Assembly: GCA_029838195.1 (NCBI GenBank)
Contig: JALGVJ010000012.1
Location: 1-64,000 of the forward strand
Length of the DNA stretch: 64,000 bases
DNA from: Promethearchaeota archaeon
GTDB lineage: Archaea > Asgardarchaeota > Lokiarchaeia > Sigyniarchaeales > SOKP01
Reading direction: 5' to 3'
Under the pieces are notes generated by a model. The model was not told where the DNA came from and did no database searches. It was given only the letters and a program-made list of their open reading frames with translations. Shown in pieces: positions 31,220 to 41,025 of the stretch; position 1 is the first letter of the stretch; each line of letters opens with the position of its first letter. The position numbers and the translations under genes are program-made.

Positions 31220-31744
31220 GTGGTAAATGAATTTTCTGTATTGATGTATTTACTTACCCGAAAAAATGGTAATCATGGTTATGGAACAACTAAAAAAGAA
31301 ATAATAGAAAAATTAAATATTAAAAATAAAAATAAAGATTATCTTTTTATTCATCTACTTGAAAATTTAGCCAACTATATCTTTCCTTTAGGGTTGAAAA
31401 TCCGATATAATCCCATTGATTCTCATTGGTTCATTGCTCATGAGGAAGAACTAACCCATTTAACTCGCTCAAATCCCTTCGAAAACCATCCCAAATTAGC
31501 AGCTACTTTGTTATGTGTATTAACGTGTTGCTTGAAAAACGCCAGTCCAGCAAATATAAGTGAGATTAAAAATTTGAGAAATAAGAAAAATATCATAGAA
31601 GACTTAAAAGAATTAGAAAAATTAGGTTATCTGAGGATCGATGAGATCCAATCAGAAATAAATTTGACACCTTTAATAGGATATCAATTAGATCTTTCAA
31701 AATTATTTTTAAAGATCGCACTTAAAACTAATGAAAAAGGTTAG
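31220..31744 (+). CDS. Kite subunit (ScpB/Nse1/Nse3-like tandem winged helix)
   Basis: 174 aa with two WH-like units (GTTKKEIIEKL..PLGLKIRY..WFI and ANISEIKNLR..LKELEKLGYL). It is the last gene of the smc operon. Confidence 0.7.
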   Translation: MVNEFSVLMYLLTRKNGNHGYGTTKKEIIEKLNIKNKNKDYLFIHLLENLANYIFPLGLKIRYNPIDSHWFIAHEEELTHLTRSNPFENHPKLAATLLCVLTCCLKNASPANISEIKNLRNKKNIIEDLKELEKLGYLRIDEIQSEINLTPLIGYQLDLSKLFLKIALKTNEKG

Positions 31745-31761
31745 AATAGCTCATTTACCAT

Positions 31762-32517
31762 TCATTGAAATAATTCCTTGACGGCCATGAGAACACTATC
31801 TTTATTGGTTAATCCTTCGAGAAATTTAGCCTCGCTAAAGATGACCAGTTGAAAAGCAAAGTGCTTGATATAATCAGGTGGAAGATATGATATATATTTA
31901 GCCTTAAACCATAAACGAATACTTGGTAATCTATATCGATCGAGTGCATCAGCCGTTTTAAGAATGTCAGTTAAGATTTTATATTTTAAATAATATTTTT
32001 CCTTTTCTATTTTTGAATAAGGTATGTTATGAAAAATGATTGCATGGTAAATCTCATCAATATCATGGGAAGATAGAGAGATGTTGTATTGTTTTTCTAT
32101 TAACGTAATATTATTTTTGAACCATCTTGCCGCTCTCTTTCCATGATTAATATCCATCAAATCAGATCTTCGTCTTAAATCATGAATAGAGGAGGCAACC
32201 AGGGCATTTTTAAAACACGTTTCAAAACGTTTTTTTTTAAGCGTGAGAAGAACAAAAGAATTAATCATCACTCTGATCACGTGTCTTAATCCGTGAATGG
32301 TATCTTTCTTCTTTAAGATTAAAAACCAATCGATTTGAGGGATATAGTTCTCGATTTCATGTAAATGATCTTCAATCTTCAATTTTAAATTTAATTCGAG
32401 AAGTGGTTCAGCATTAAAGGCAGGTTCATTCTCTCTTATCCAATTTAAAGTTACCGCATCCATGTATTGATTTCGCGGTAATTTTCCCATCTTGATAAGT
32501 TCTATTAAGGGGACCAT
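31762..32517 (-). CDS. HD-domain protein
   Basis: IHGLRHVIRV, IHDLRR, HGKRAA, FHN and ADALDRYR. Confidence 0.8.
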   Translation of the reverse strand: MVPLIELIKMGKLPRNQYMDAVTLNWIRENEPAFNAEPLLELNLKLKIEDHLHEIENYIPQIDWFLILKKKDTIHGLRHVIRVMINSFVLLTLKKKRFETCFKNALVASSIHDLRRRSDLMDINHGKRAARWFKNNITLIEKQYNISLSSHDIDEIYHAIIFHNIPYSKIEKEKYYLKYKILTDILKTADALDRYRLPSIRLWFKAKYISYLPPDYIKHFAFQLVIFSEAKFLEGLTNKDSVLMAVKELFQ

Positions 32518-32675
32518 TTTTAATTAGAAAGATACGAATTTAACAAATTAAATTCAATTTATTTAATGTTACTCGCGATGATCAAATAAAAGATTCACGT
32601 TCTTAATATTTAAGGTCATCTAATGATATGAATCTTCTTATAATTTTCTTTATTTTATAATCTTGTCATTTATTT

Positions 32676-34103
32676 TTATTTCTTTCTTGATTTTAATTTA
32701 CTAAGAAATCGCATTACTTCAACCGGTTTATTGATATTTATTAAGTCCTTTAAGGTTTTTTTCTCTGCATCTAACAAGTTCAATGGGAATGTTTCAATAA
32801 GTTTACGGACTTGAGTCAAGCCTAGATATTTTCTGGTATATTCTGCGTTAGAATATTTATAAGTCGTTAAAAATTCACTATCCGTTTTTTCTCGAAAATA
32901 TTCTAACATGAAATTAAAATAGTTTTTTAAAAGTACTTGATCTTCATGAACTAAAGTTGGGGTTAAAAATAATTGAATGGGACAAGTTCTATACGTGGCT
33001 TTTGAAACGTAAATTCCATCCACATTAAAATCTTTTTTAATGAGATACAATCCCACCCGCCCCTCAAGGGACCCGGTATCGACGGTTCGCACATAAAGAA
33101 TATTTTTTTGGACTTTATTTCTCAAAAATTCATTTGCTTTAAGAGTCCTCTTTTCATAATTGTTTGAAACATACGCATTCGTGTCTATTACCAAGATTTC
33201 TTGATTACCCTTATTTTGCTCTACTTCTTCTTTTAATAAATAATATTTAACCTGTATGGGTTGGAATGTTTTAAATTTTTTTGTGAACTCATCAAATTCT
33301 GTTCCACCCCGATAATGATTTTCTGGTTTCAAATGATATACTCGTTCATTAACAATTCCTTTCTTCTTAATTTTCATTCCCTTAAATATTTGGGGCTCAT
33401 TTTTTAAGATTTTCTTTCGAGTAAAAAAACCAATGCAAATATTCGTTCCGGTGAATTCAAAAATAGGAGTTTCAAAAATATACATTTTTTTTATGAAATA
33501 ATATTTCAGGAAATCTTTTCTAAATTTGTTAGAAACTGTAGCGCCAAAGAGAAAATTAGAAGGAATGATATAGATCATATTTTGAATGCCATTCTTTAAA
33601 TCTCTCATCATTGCAATCTGATACAAATCTTGATAACCTTTATTTTCCCTTTGGAAATATTTTAAATATGGGGCCGTCTTTGGATGCTTTTTAATATATC
33701 CTAAATATAAATAAGGGGGATTTGTCACGTGAAATAAAGGATATTTAGATGTTTTCAAATGATCGGGAAAAGAATTTAAATTATCTCTTTTGAAAATATT
33801 CCTATTAATTAAATCTAAAGGGATATTAAGCAATTGAGCCTTTTTCTTACATACTTGTACCATTGAATCTTGGATATCTGATAAAAAAACATGCTCTTGA
33901 AAAAAATCAATTCTTTCAGTGGAAGGTATGGCTTCTAAAATGGGAAAAATTAAATTACCTTCCCCGCAATAAAGGTCCATCCAAGCATGAGCATAAAGGA
34001 GATCTTTTATTTCAGGAAAAATGCATGCTTTAAATATTTCTTTGGGCGTAAAATGAATACCATAAGTTCTTCGTTTTAATTTTCTCTTTTTTCCCTCAAT
34101 CAT
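32676..34103 (-). CDS. N6-adenine DNA methyltransferase (gamma class) with C-terminal TRD-like region
   Basis: HFTP, motif I DLYCGEGNL, motif IV TNPPY, DLY and YIIPSNFL. Confidence 0.85.
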   Translation of the reverse strand: MIEGKKRKLKRRTYGIHFTPKEIFKACIFPEIKDLLYAHAWMDLYCGEGNLIFPILEAIPSTERIDFFQEHVFLSDIQDSMVQVCKKKAQLLNIPLDLINRNIFKRDNLNSFPDHLKTSKYPLFHVTNPPYLYLGYIKKHPKTAPYLKYFQRENKGYQDLYQIAMMRDLKNGIQNMIYIIPSNFLFGATVSNKFRKDFLKYYFIKKMYIFETPIFEFTGTNICIGFFTRKKILKNEPQIFKGMKIKKKGIVNERVYHLKPENHYRGGTEFDEFTKKFKTFQPIQVKYYLLKEEVEQNKGNQEILVIDTNAYVSNNYEKRTLKANEFLRNKVQKNILYVRTVDTGSLEGRVGLYLIKKDFNVDGIYVSKATYRTCPIQLFLTPTLVHEDQVLLKNYFNFMLEYFREKTDSEFLTTYKYSNAEYTRKYLGLTQVRKLIETFPLNLLDAEKKTLKDLININKPVEVMRFLSKLKSRKK

Positions 34104-34462
34104 CTTTATTTTATATAGATTTTAATAATTCTTTCATTTCTTAATAAGAAATCCGCTTACTATGGGTTCCACGATATAATTTCTTCTTGAACGATTTCTT
34201 GAGATGTAATTTTTCAAAACATGGAAAGGATATTTAAATATAAATTCGTGAGTTTAGTTCTCTTTAGATCATTTATTATTTTAGAGATTATTATAAATAA
34301 AGGTTTATAATAAAATCAGAGGAGATAATAATAAAAAAATCCTTTCATATGGATGATCATTTTAAATTCCTCCTATTTTAAACACTATTATCAATCAGGA
34401 TTTTTTAATGCCCGGTGGGAAAAAATTACGCAAATTTAAGAGTGAAAGAGTTAAAAAAAAAA

Positions 34463-35086
34463 TTATTCCGAAGTAATTTTTAATAACATTTCTGCTACAG
34501 CGTTATTATATGTTTCCACATCTTCAAAACCTTCTACAGTTTCCCCGCATGTGATGAAAACATCCTCCACGGTAATCTTTTTATTTTTAAAGAACTCCAC
34601 GATTTGTTTTTTTACCTCCTCAATCTTTTTTTGTTTTGCCGAAGCATCCCCATCAACCAAATCAAATTTGTTTATACACACGTTTATTTTATCCGGGAAA
34701 AATCGAACATCATTAAAAAATTCAAACTGTTGTTTTAAATCACGATCCATAGCAAATACCGCAATAATTTGAGTTGCAATTCGAGAAATCGTAATGATAC
34801 CCATGCGAACTACCGCCCGTGAAGCATCTCCTCCTGGGCCAAAAATCGTGTGCGTCTTACCCGTATCATCCTCCCGAAATACCACGCGGTTAGGATGAAT
34901 CGTTTTAGTTTCCTTTTCTCCGCCGGTTGGAATAGTTGCTTCTCCAGAAAAGTCCGTTTTCACTACCGTACATTTTTTACCTCCTTTAACGTTCTCTATT
35001 TGCCCTTTATTCAGATATCTTACAAATAAACGCAGGATGGATGTTTTTCCCACGCTCACATCACCTAACAAGCCAACATTGACCAT
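34463..35086 (-). CDS. Divergent Ras-superfamily small GTPase
   Basis: G1 GDVSVGKTS, G2-like KTIHP, G3 position FGPGG (no Asp), G4 NKFD and G5-like TCG. Confidence 0.8.
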   Translation of the reverse strand: MVNVGLLGDVSVGKTSILRLFVRYLNKGQIENVKGGKKCTVVKTDFSGEATIPTGGEKETKTIHPNRVVFREDDTGKTHTIFGPGGDASRAVVRMGIITISRIATQIIAVFAMDRDLKQQFEFFNDVRFFPDKINVCINKFDLVDGDASAKQKKIEEVKKQIVEFFKNKKITVEDVFITCGETVEGFEDVETYNNAVAEMLLKITSE

Positions 35087-35087
35087 T

Positions 35088-35909
35088 TTAAAATCCCTCC
35101 GCTTTTAATAATTCATTTAAAAGTCGTTCATAATCTTCGATGAGGAATTGTTCCAAGTAGGCATTATTATGGCTATGGATTAAAGCGATAAGCACTTCTT
35201 TGATATTTTTTGCTTTTTTCACGTACTTAATGAGATTTTCAGGAGAGGGTTCACCTGAGAAATCTCTAGGTTTCTGTTCAAAACCAAACTCTTTCCGTGT
35301 GGGAAGAGAATTAAAAAATCCGAAGGCTGTATATCCTTGATATTGGAAAAAAGTAAAAAAACGCGTTTTAATGGATTTAATCACGGAGGAGAGATATACT
35401 GAGGGATATATTTCTCCTAGGATCAAATCCTCATCTTGTTCTATTATAAAATAAGGAGAAATAGGGGAAACTCGGTTTCCATACATTTCCTTGGGAGGGA
35501 GTGAAACGAATGGTAATTTATCCGATACAATCGCCCATAGATCCTCTCTTTTTTTCTCTAAAAGGAGCTCCTTTATTTCATCATAAGCATAATAGAAATC
35601 TGATTGCAAGGATAAAAGAGAGCTTAAATAAACAGAGAGCGAGGCAAAGGTAGCTTCTAAAAGGGGTCTTCGTCCACCGTCATCTTCAGAGGGCTTTACC
35701 GCACCTTTCCATGCACGTAATGCGGAATATGCGAAACCTTTCACATCAAAAAAGCCTCCCGTGAGGAAAATATAAGAAGGGGCGCTTTTTTCTTCCGTGG
35801 ATAGTAATTGCGTGGCTTTTTCCGTCAGCGCATCCTCAAGTTCCTTATGATTGAATTTGGAATGCACTTTAGGTATTTGTAGCCAAGACTTTTCTTTTTT
35901 CTTTCCCAT
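35088..35909 (-). CDS. Hypothetical protein coupled to the GTPase, possibly roadblock/longin-like
   Basis: Ends 1 nt before the GTPase ATG. It has an alpha/beta pattern LLEATFASLSVYLSSL..YFIIEQDEDLILGEIYPSVYLSSVI. Confidence 0.45.
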   Translation of the reverse strand: MGKKKEKSWLQIPKVHSKFNHKELEDALTEKATQLLSTEEKSAPSYIFLTGGFFDVKGFAYSALRAWKGAVKPSEDDGGRRPLLEATFASLSVYLSSLLSLQSDFYYAYDEIKELLLEKKREDLWAIVSDKLPFVSLPPKEMYGNRVSPISPYFIIEQDEDLILGEIYPSVYLSSVIKSIKTRFFTFFQYQGYTAFGFFNSLPTRKEFGFEQKPRDFSGEPSPENLIKYVKKAKNIKEVLIALIHSHNNAYLEQFLIEDYERLLNELLKAEGF

Positions 35910-36084
35910 CCTTTCTTTCGCCTTATATCATGGATTTTATTTCATTATGTCAAGAATACACGTTCATTTTAATTTTGATATATAGTATTGCATAAATAAC
36001 TTTTTCGTCAATGTGGATAGTAAGGTAGGTTAGATTAATTTTAACACGTGTTTAATCTAATAATTATATTACAAATATAAAATT

Positions 36085-36711
36085 TTATGGCTCTTCTTGA
36101 AAAAATTCGCTTATTTTTGAAGTAATCATATCAAATTCCCCAATGGTATTCAAATTCTGAATAGTGATACGGTCTATAATATCAGTATTCTTGTAGAAGT
36201 GATATGTTAACTCCATTGCGGGATTTTTCTCTTTTATTGGGACAAGGGCGCCTTTTACAAAAATCTCCAAAAATTTTTCGGACGTTTCTTTTATGGCCCT
36301 CAATTCGGGGTCTTGAAATTTAATTTCAACGGTATTAAAATCCTTAAAATTTAAGATGCATAGAAGCTCTCTTTTCTCATCATTTGAGAAGATTTTTCTT
36401 TTAATAAAGGTATCCTTGAGGAGTTCTTTAGGCAATGGTTCTCGAAAATATGTTTCTTCGATTTCCTTTAGTTCTTCTTCTCTTAGTCCTTCTTTTAACT
36501 CTTGGAATAAAATTTGATCTGCGCTTTGAAAGGATTTATTAGAGACAATTTTATTCAATTCTATGATGATTTCTCGGAATTGTTCGATTTCATTCTTGAG
36601 CTGTTCTAATTCCTCCTTTTTTTTGATATAAAGTTGATTAAGGTGACTCAAGATGGCAGAGAGTTTCTCAATTTCTTTAGAATCCTTTTTTTGTTCCATT
36701 AACATAAACAC
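36085..36711 (-). CDS. Conserved archaeal hypothetical protein with N-terminal coiled coil
   Basis: Coiled coil ending in SF..A followed by an alpha/beta domain. Confidence 0.55.
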   Translation of the reverse strand: MFMLMEQKKDSKEIEKLSAILSHLNQLYIKKKEELEQLKNEIEQFREIIIELNKIVSNKSFQSADQILFQELKEGLREEELKEIEETYFREPLPKELLKDTFIKRKIFSNDEKRELLCILNFKDFNTVEIKFQDPELRAIKETSEKFLEIFVKGALVPIKEKNPAMELTYHFYKNTDIIDRITIQNLNTIGEFDMITSKISEFFQEEP

Positions 36712-36789
36712 TTTTGATGAAAAAAATGGTTTAATTTAAAATTAGTTACATCTATTTAAAAATTAGTGCTCTCTATTAAATAAATAAAA

Positions 36790-37674
36790 TTGGTAATAAT
36801 ATTCATGAAAAGTTTAATCATTACTCCAAATCCTTCTGATCCCGAAGTAGTGTTATTAAGCAAGGAATTCGAAAAAAAAGGATATCAAGTAGACTATTAT
36901 ATTCCTTCCAACATGAAAGTTAGCATACCTCATCGCGATTTTGAACGCCTCTTCAATTGCGTGGAGCCGAAAGGCGCTTTGGTGAGGGGATTTGGAGCTT
37001 GTCCCTCGCAAAAAATATTTTTCCGTTTAGATCTTCTAAATGCTCTAGAACTTAATGGATTTAAACTCATAAATTCCCGTGAATCTTTAGAGATTGCAAG
37101 TGATAAATTCTTATCTTCCGTTTATTTTGAAAAATATAACATTCCCACGCCTAAAACAGTCATCTGCGAAGACCCTCAAGATGCCTTGAATTCCTTTGAT
37201 AATTTAGGAGGTGATGTCATTCTAAAACCTTTATTCGGATCTAAAGGAATTGGCATTACCAGACTACAAGATAAAGCATTTGCAGAAAATGTAATATTTA
37301 CTTTAAGCCATTTGAACGAAGTGTTTTATCTACAAGAATTCGTCCCTCATTATCATAGAGACATTCGAGTATTGGTTTTAGGAGATGAGGCGATTGCCGC
37401 CATGTATAGAATTAGCGATAGCTGGAAAACTAATGTTCACGCAGGAGCCAAAGTTGAACCATTAGAATTAAATGAGGAGTTAAAAAAATTGGCTATAAAA
37501 GTAGCAAAAATAACCAAAACGGAAATCGCAGGCGTAGATATCATGGAAAGTGAGCGGGGATATTTAGTAATCGAAGTAAATTCAATTCCAGGATTTATTG
37601 GCCTTCAAAAGGTGACAAATCTTAATTTAGCGGAATGCATTGTAGATTACTTCTTAGAAAATATAAAATCCTGA
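36790..37674 (+). CDS. RimK/LysX/MptN-family ATP-grasp alpha-L-glutamate ligase
   Basis: DKFLS, IPTPKT, LKPLFGSKG, YLQEFV, DIRV, WKTNVHAG, GVDI and EVNSIPG. Confidence 0.9.
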   Translation: MVIIFMKSLIITPNPSDPEVVLLSKEFEKKGYQVDYYIPSNMKVSIPHRDFERLFNCVEPKGALVRGFGACPSQKIFFRLDLLNALELNGFKLINSRESLEIASDKFLSSVYFEKYNIPTPKTVICEDPQDALNSFDNLGGDVILKPLFGSKGIGITRLQDKAFAENVIFTLSHLNEVFYLQEFVPHYHRDIRVLVLGDEAIAAMYRISDSWKTNVHAGAKVEPLELNEELKKLAIKVAKITKTEIAGVDIMESERGYLVIEVNSIPGFIGLQKVTNLNLAECIVDYFLENIKS

Positions 37675-37755
37675 AAATTTCCCGAGATAAAATAAAAAGG
37701 AAAGGAGAGAATAATAATATAAAAAATAAAAAAAAAGATGTAATTTTTAAAGAAA

Positions 37756-39486
37756 TTATAATAACGAGACCGTTGTTGTCTCCAAAATGATGATTACCGT
37801 GGCAATAATGGTGCCTACCGTGATGTTTCTCGTTTTCTCATAGCAATAGACCGAGACATAACTTCCCAATAAAGTTGTTGGAATCACCACCGGCATGAAC
37901 ACGCCAAAAGTGAACAAGCTGCCTTGTAAATAGCTTAAGAAGAGCAGAAAAACGATCATGTAGATGATTTGCATAAGAAAGATGAGAAGACCCGCCTTAA
38001 AAGTTCCTTTCTCCACGTCTTTATATTTCGCTTGGAAGATGACATTTGCAAATATATTAAACGCCAGGAGAATCAAGAATTCAATGACGAGATACATGGG
38101 AACGTATATATATTTTGTCACAGAAGGCGCCAACCCGAAATAATTCAATCCAATGGAAACGTATACGATTATATAGACAAGAACGGCCAATATGCCTCCT
38201 AAAAGAAGCTCCATGAGAAAATCGTTTTCATGCTTGAAAGGTTTTAAAAGAATCGCTTTCATGGACATATCTGCGTTCTTGCCGATTCGCCAGATTAAGA
38301 ACAAAATGCCAAACGATTGCCCGAATAATAACATTATGACCTGTCCCATGGTGGTCAACGGAAGGACGAATGTGAGGGGCAAGAAAAGGAAAATTCCTAC
38401 CAGCCCAAGCACGAGAATGAATAAAATTGCCTTCAAGAACAAGCCCATTATGGAGATGTCAGGGGTTTCGATCCGGAATATCTCTCCCCTTTTTCCCGCT
38501 TCAGCGCCCTCCTTTTTTCTTAATGCTAGAATATAATCCGATAAAGGTTGTAAAATGGTGAAAAATATACCCATTCCGCCGATCATTTGAATGAGCAAGA
38601 TAACCCCCCGAATGTTCACGTAAAAATTCTCATCCGGTGCACGCACGGAAGGAAACGTGTTAATCACCCAATCACGAGCCACCCGAATGAAATCTTGATC
38701 CCAACATAACAGCAAATGATTCGAGTTGTCATCCACGTAAATCATGGACGCCGTGCCTGCTTGAAACGATCCGTATAGCTTGTTGATGTCAATTTCCGCC
38801 GCAGACATCCCCAACCGCAACGCCATACCTTCCTTCAAACGATCAACCGTGACTGCCTCATCAAATTTTCCCATTATCATCAATACATTTAACTTGCGAC
38901 CGGAATTTACCGTTACTGCATATTCTGGATTATAAGAAGGCGAGGGCAAGCCCGTGCCAATCCCAATGAAGCACTTGAAACGCGTGTCCTCATGTATTAT
39001 TTGCCACCCCGGATAACCTCCCATGCTATAACCAATATAACCCATATTATTCAAATCTACATCATCCCTCGTTTTTAAGTACTCAAGAATCGCTTTCACG
39101 TCAAGTATCAATTTATCCCGCTCAAGCATGCCCGTGCTCTGACCATGGCCCCTAAAATCGAAAGGTATTGCAATGAAACCCGCTACTGCCAACTCTATCG
39201 CATATCCCTTCAGCATCTCCTTGTTGGCCCGATGTCCGTGCCCAATTAGAATAACTTTCTTCTTGTCATCCCCATTCTTCGCTTGATAGAGCTCTTCATC
39301 CGGCTCAAACACGTTAAAATAGATCGTCACGCCATCGTCCGTCTGAATCGTTTGCAAATAAGTTATTTTGATGGAAGTCGGCACCGTGAAGATCAACACC
39401 GTACCACAAATAAATAACGCCAAAAAGATGACGAAAAATGCCACTTTTTTACTTATCATGGATTTACTCATTTTATTACAACTCAC
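37756..39486 (-). CDS. Membrane-anchored alpha/beta hydrolase with C-terminal multi-TM domain
   Basis: HG, DFRGHGQS and nucleophile elbow GYSMGG, with about 8 C-terminal TM helices. Confidence 0.85.
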   Translation of the reverse strand: MSCNKMSKSMISKKVAFFVIFLALFICGTVLIFTVPTSIKITYLQTIQTDDGVTIYFNVFEPDEELYQAKNGDDKKKVILIGHGHRANKEMLKGYAIELAVAGFIAIPFDFRGHGQSTGMLERDKLILDVKAILEYLKTRDDVDLNNMGYIGYSMGGYPGWQIIHEDTRFKCFIGIGTGLPSPSYNPEYAVTVNSGRKLNVLMIMGKFDEAVTVDRLKEGMALRLGMSAAEIDINKLYGSFQAGTASMIYVDDNSNHLLLCWDQDFIRVARDWVINTFPSVRAPDENFYVNIRGVILLIQMIGGMGIFFTILQPLSDYILALRKKEGAEAGKRGEIFRIETPDISIMGLFLKAILFILVLGLVGIFLFLPLTFVLPLTTMGQVIMLLFGQSFGILFLIWRIGKNADMSMKAILLKPFKHENDFLMELLLGGILAVLVYIIVYVSIGLNYFGLAPSVTKYIYVPMYLVIEFLILLAFNIFANVIFQAKYKDVEKGTFKAGLLIFLMQIIYMIVFLLFLSYLQGSLFTFGVFMPVVIPTTLLGSYVSVYCYEKTRNITVGTIIATVIIILETTTVSLL

Positions 39487-40358
39487 GCTTTCTTGAATTT
39501 CTAAATTTAAAGTTAATTAATTTAAATTTCATCATGAGTCTTTATAAAAGTTATTTATCGACCAATACGATCATTGGATCTTGTCATGCATGTTTTTGCC
39601 GTATAAATTAATTTTCACGCCTCATTTTTCAGTAGAGGTTCTCTTCCTAATCGTGATTATATAATGAGGGTTTTTCGCTCGGATAATTTTGACTTTAAAA
39701 ATTCTAAATTATAAGAGTTCCATTTCAATCAAGAAAAATAGCGATAAAAAATTAATAGGAAAACATAGCACGATTATTCTCTTTCTCAAGCTCATTTCTT
39801 TTCCCCACTATTGTTTAAAGTTTCTTTTTTTTCTTTAATTAAAATTCACGAGAGAACCTTGATTTAAAAATTCATCCTCGTTTTTTTAGGGATCTCTCAA
39901 AGAATATTATCATCAACTTTCATTTTAATTTTAGTTGGTTTTTTTCAGAAGTTTGGTTTCAGAGGGAGGGAGCAAGAATTCTAAATTAAACTTTCATTTC
40001 TTGCTTTTTGATATACATTATCTTGCCGCTCTTGCTAACATGTTCGTCAAAAATCTAAAACAAAAGTCAAACCTAACTATATCGCTAACTTAAAAAGAGA
40101 AATCCAAACTCACCCGAATCAAAATGAATTCATAATATTCACTTTCATGATTTTTAAAAAAAAATAAGGGAAAAAATAAAAAAAACAGCCGGCCCTCCTA
40201 AATCGTTCCAAAATTATTATTCAAAAAGAGGAAAATTTAAACCAATTACTACAAGTAGGAAAAAAAAATAAGAGTTAAGAAATTTTATTCGAAACTTACA
40301 TTACTCCTAACACGTGACTTTTTAAAGGTTTTTGAATAGTACTTTTTGCCTCGAGAAT

Positions 40359-40790
40359 TTATAATTCCTCGGCATAATCCTCAAAAGCTTCCATCGCTAA
40401 CTCTAAAATCTCCTGAAATGCCATAGCATCCTGTAAATTGCCCTCTACCGTGATATCTCCTGCCATGTAAGCGGAGGTGGCATCTACCTCTCCCGCTAAC
40501 ATTCCTGCTCCAACCTCTAACGTGCACGTGAAGGTGAAGGACGGATTATCAATATCTCCCTCTCCATAATCAAGTTTCCCTTCACTTGCTTTAAGCCAAT
40601 ACTTCTTATCGATGTCGGTAATAACTTGTTGGACTGTAATGTCCATGTCCTCTAATTCTTCCTTCAAATCTTCATTCTCTGCGGCTACTGCTTTAATAAA
40701 TTCATACATCGTTAAGACGTCATCCGCCGTAGCGGCACTGGCGCCCTTATCAATTATAGCCTTAACTTTCTTGACTAATTCCATATCCAT
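40359..40790 (-). CDS. SCP2 sterol/lipid-binding domain protein
   Basis: G.ID.P..T and GEVDATSAYMAGDITVEGNLQDAM.F. Confidence 0.85.
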   Translation of the reverse strand: MDMELVKKVKAIIDKGASAATADDVLTMYEFIKAVAAENEDLKEELEDMDITVQQVITDIDKKYWLKASEGKLDYGEGDIDNPSFTFTCTLEVGAGMLAGEVDATSAYMAGDITVEGNLQDAMAFQEILELAMEAFEDYAEEL

Positions 40791-40869
40791 TGTTTTGATT
40801 CACAACCTTTTGTTATTATTTGACTATATTTGAAATTAAATATAGCAATTAACAAATAATGCTTGCAAG

Positions 40870-40877
40870 TATATAAA
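40870..40877 (-). promoter_or_regulatory. TATA box of the SCP2 gene
   Basis: TTTATATA on the minus strand about 80 nt upstream of the ATG, next to the palindrome CTTGCAAG. Confidence 0.45.
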
Positions 40878-41025
40878 TGTTGAAGGCATATTAAAACCTT
40901 TCCGCATGGAGAAGGCATCGAACATGAAGAGAAGGAGGAAAATTATATTCTTCTTTTTACTAAAATTAATTTAAGACTTTAAGTTTTGGGGTACAATTGA
41001 GAGAGGATTGTGCCATAGAGAAGAT

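Noticed and set aside
25771-31744. Wadjet (JetABCD) or MukBEF call for the SMC operon
   Set aside because: There is no Toprim/JetD gene, the gene order differs, and the SMC motifs are Smc5/6-like rather than MukB/JetC-like.
39490-40350. Long intergenic region as an ncRNA or mobile element
   Set aside because: I could not identify a convincing structure, terminal repeats or a protein relic by eye. It needs BLASTX and Infernal searches.
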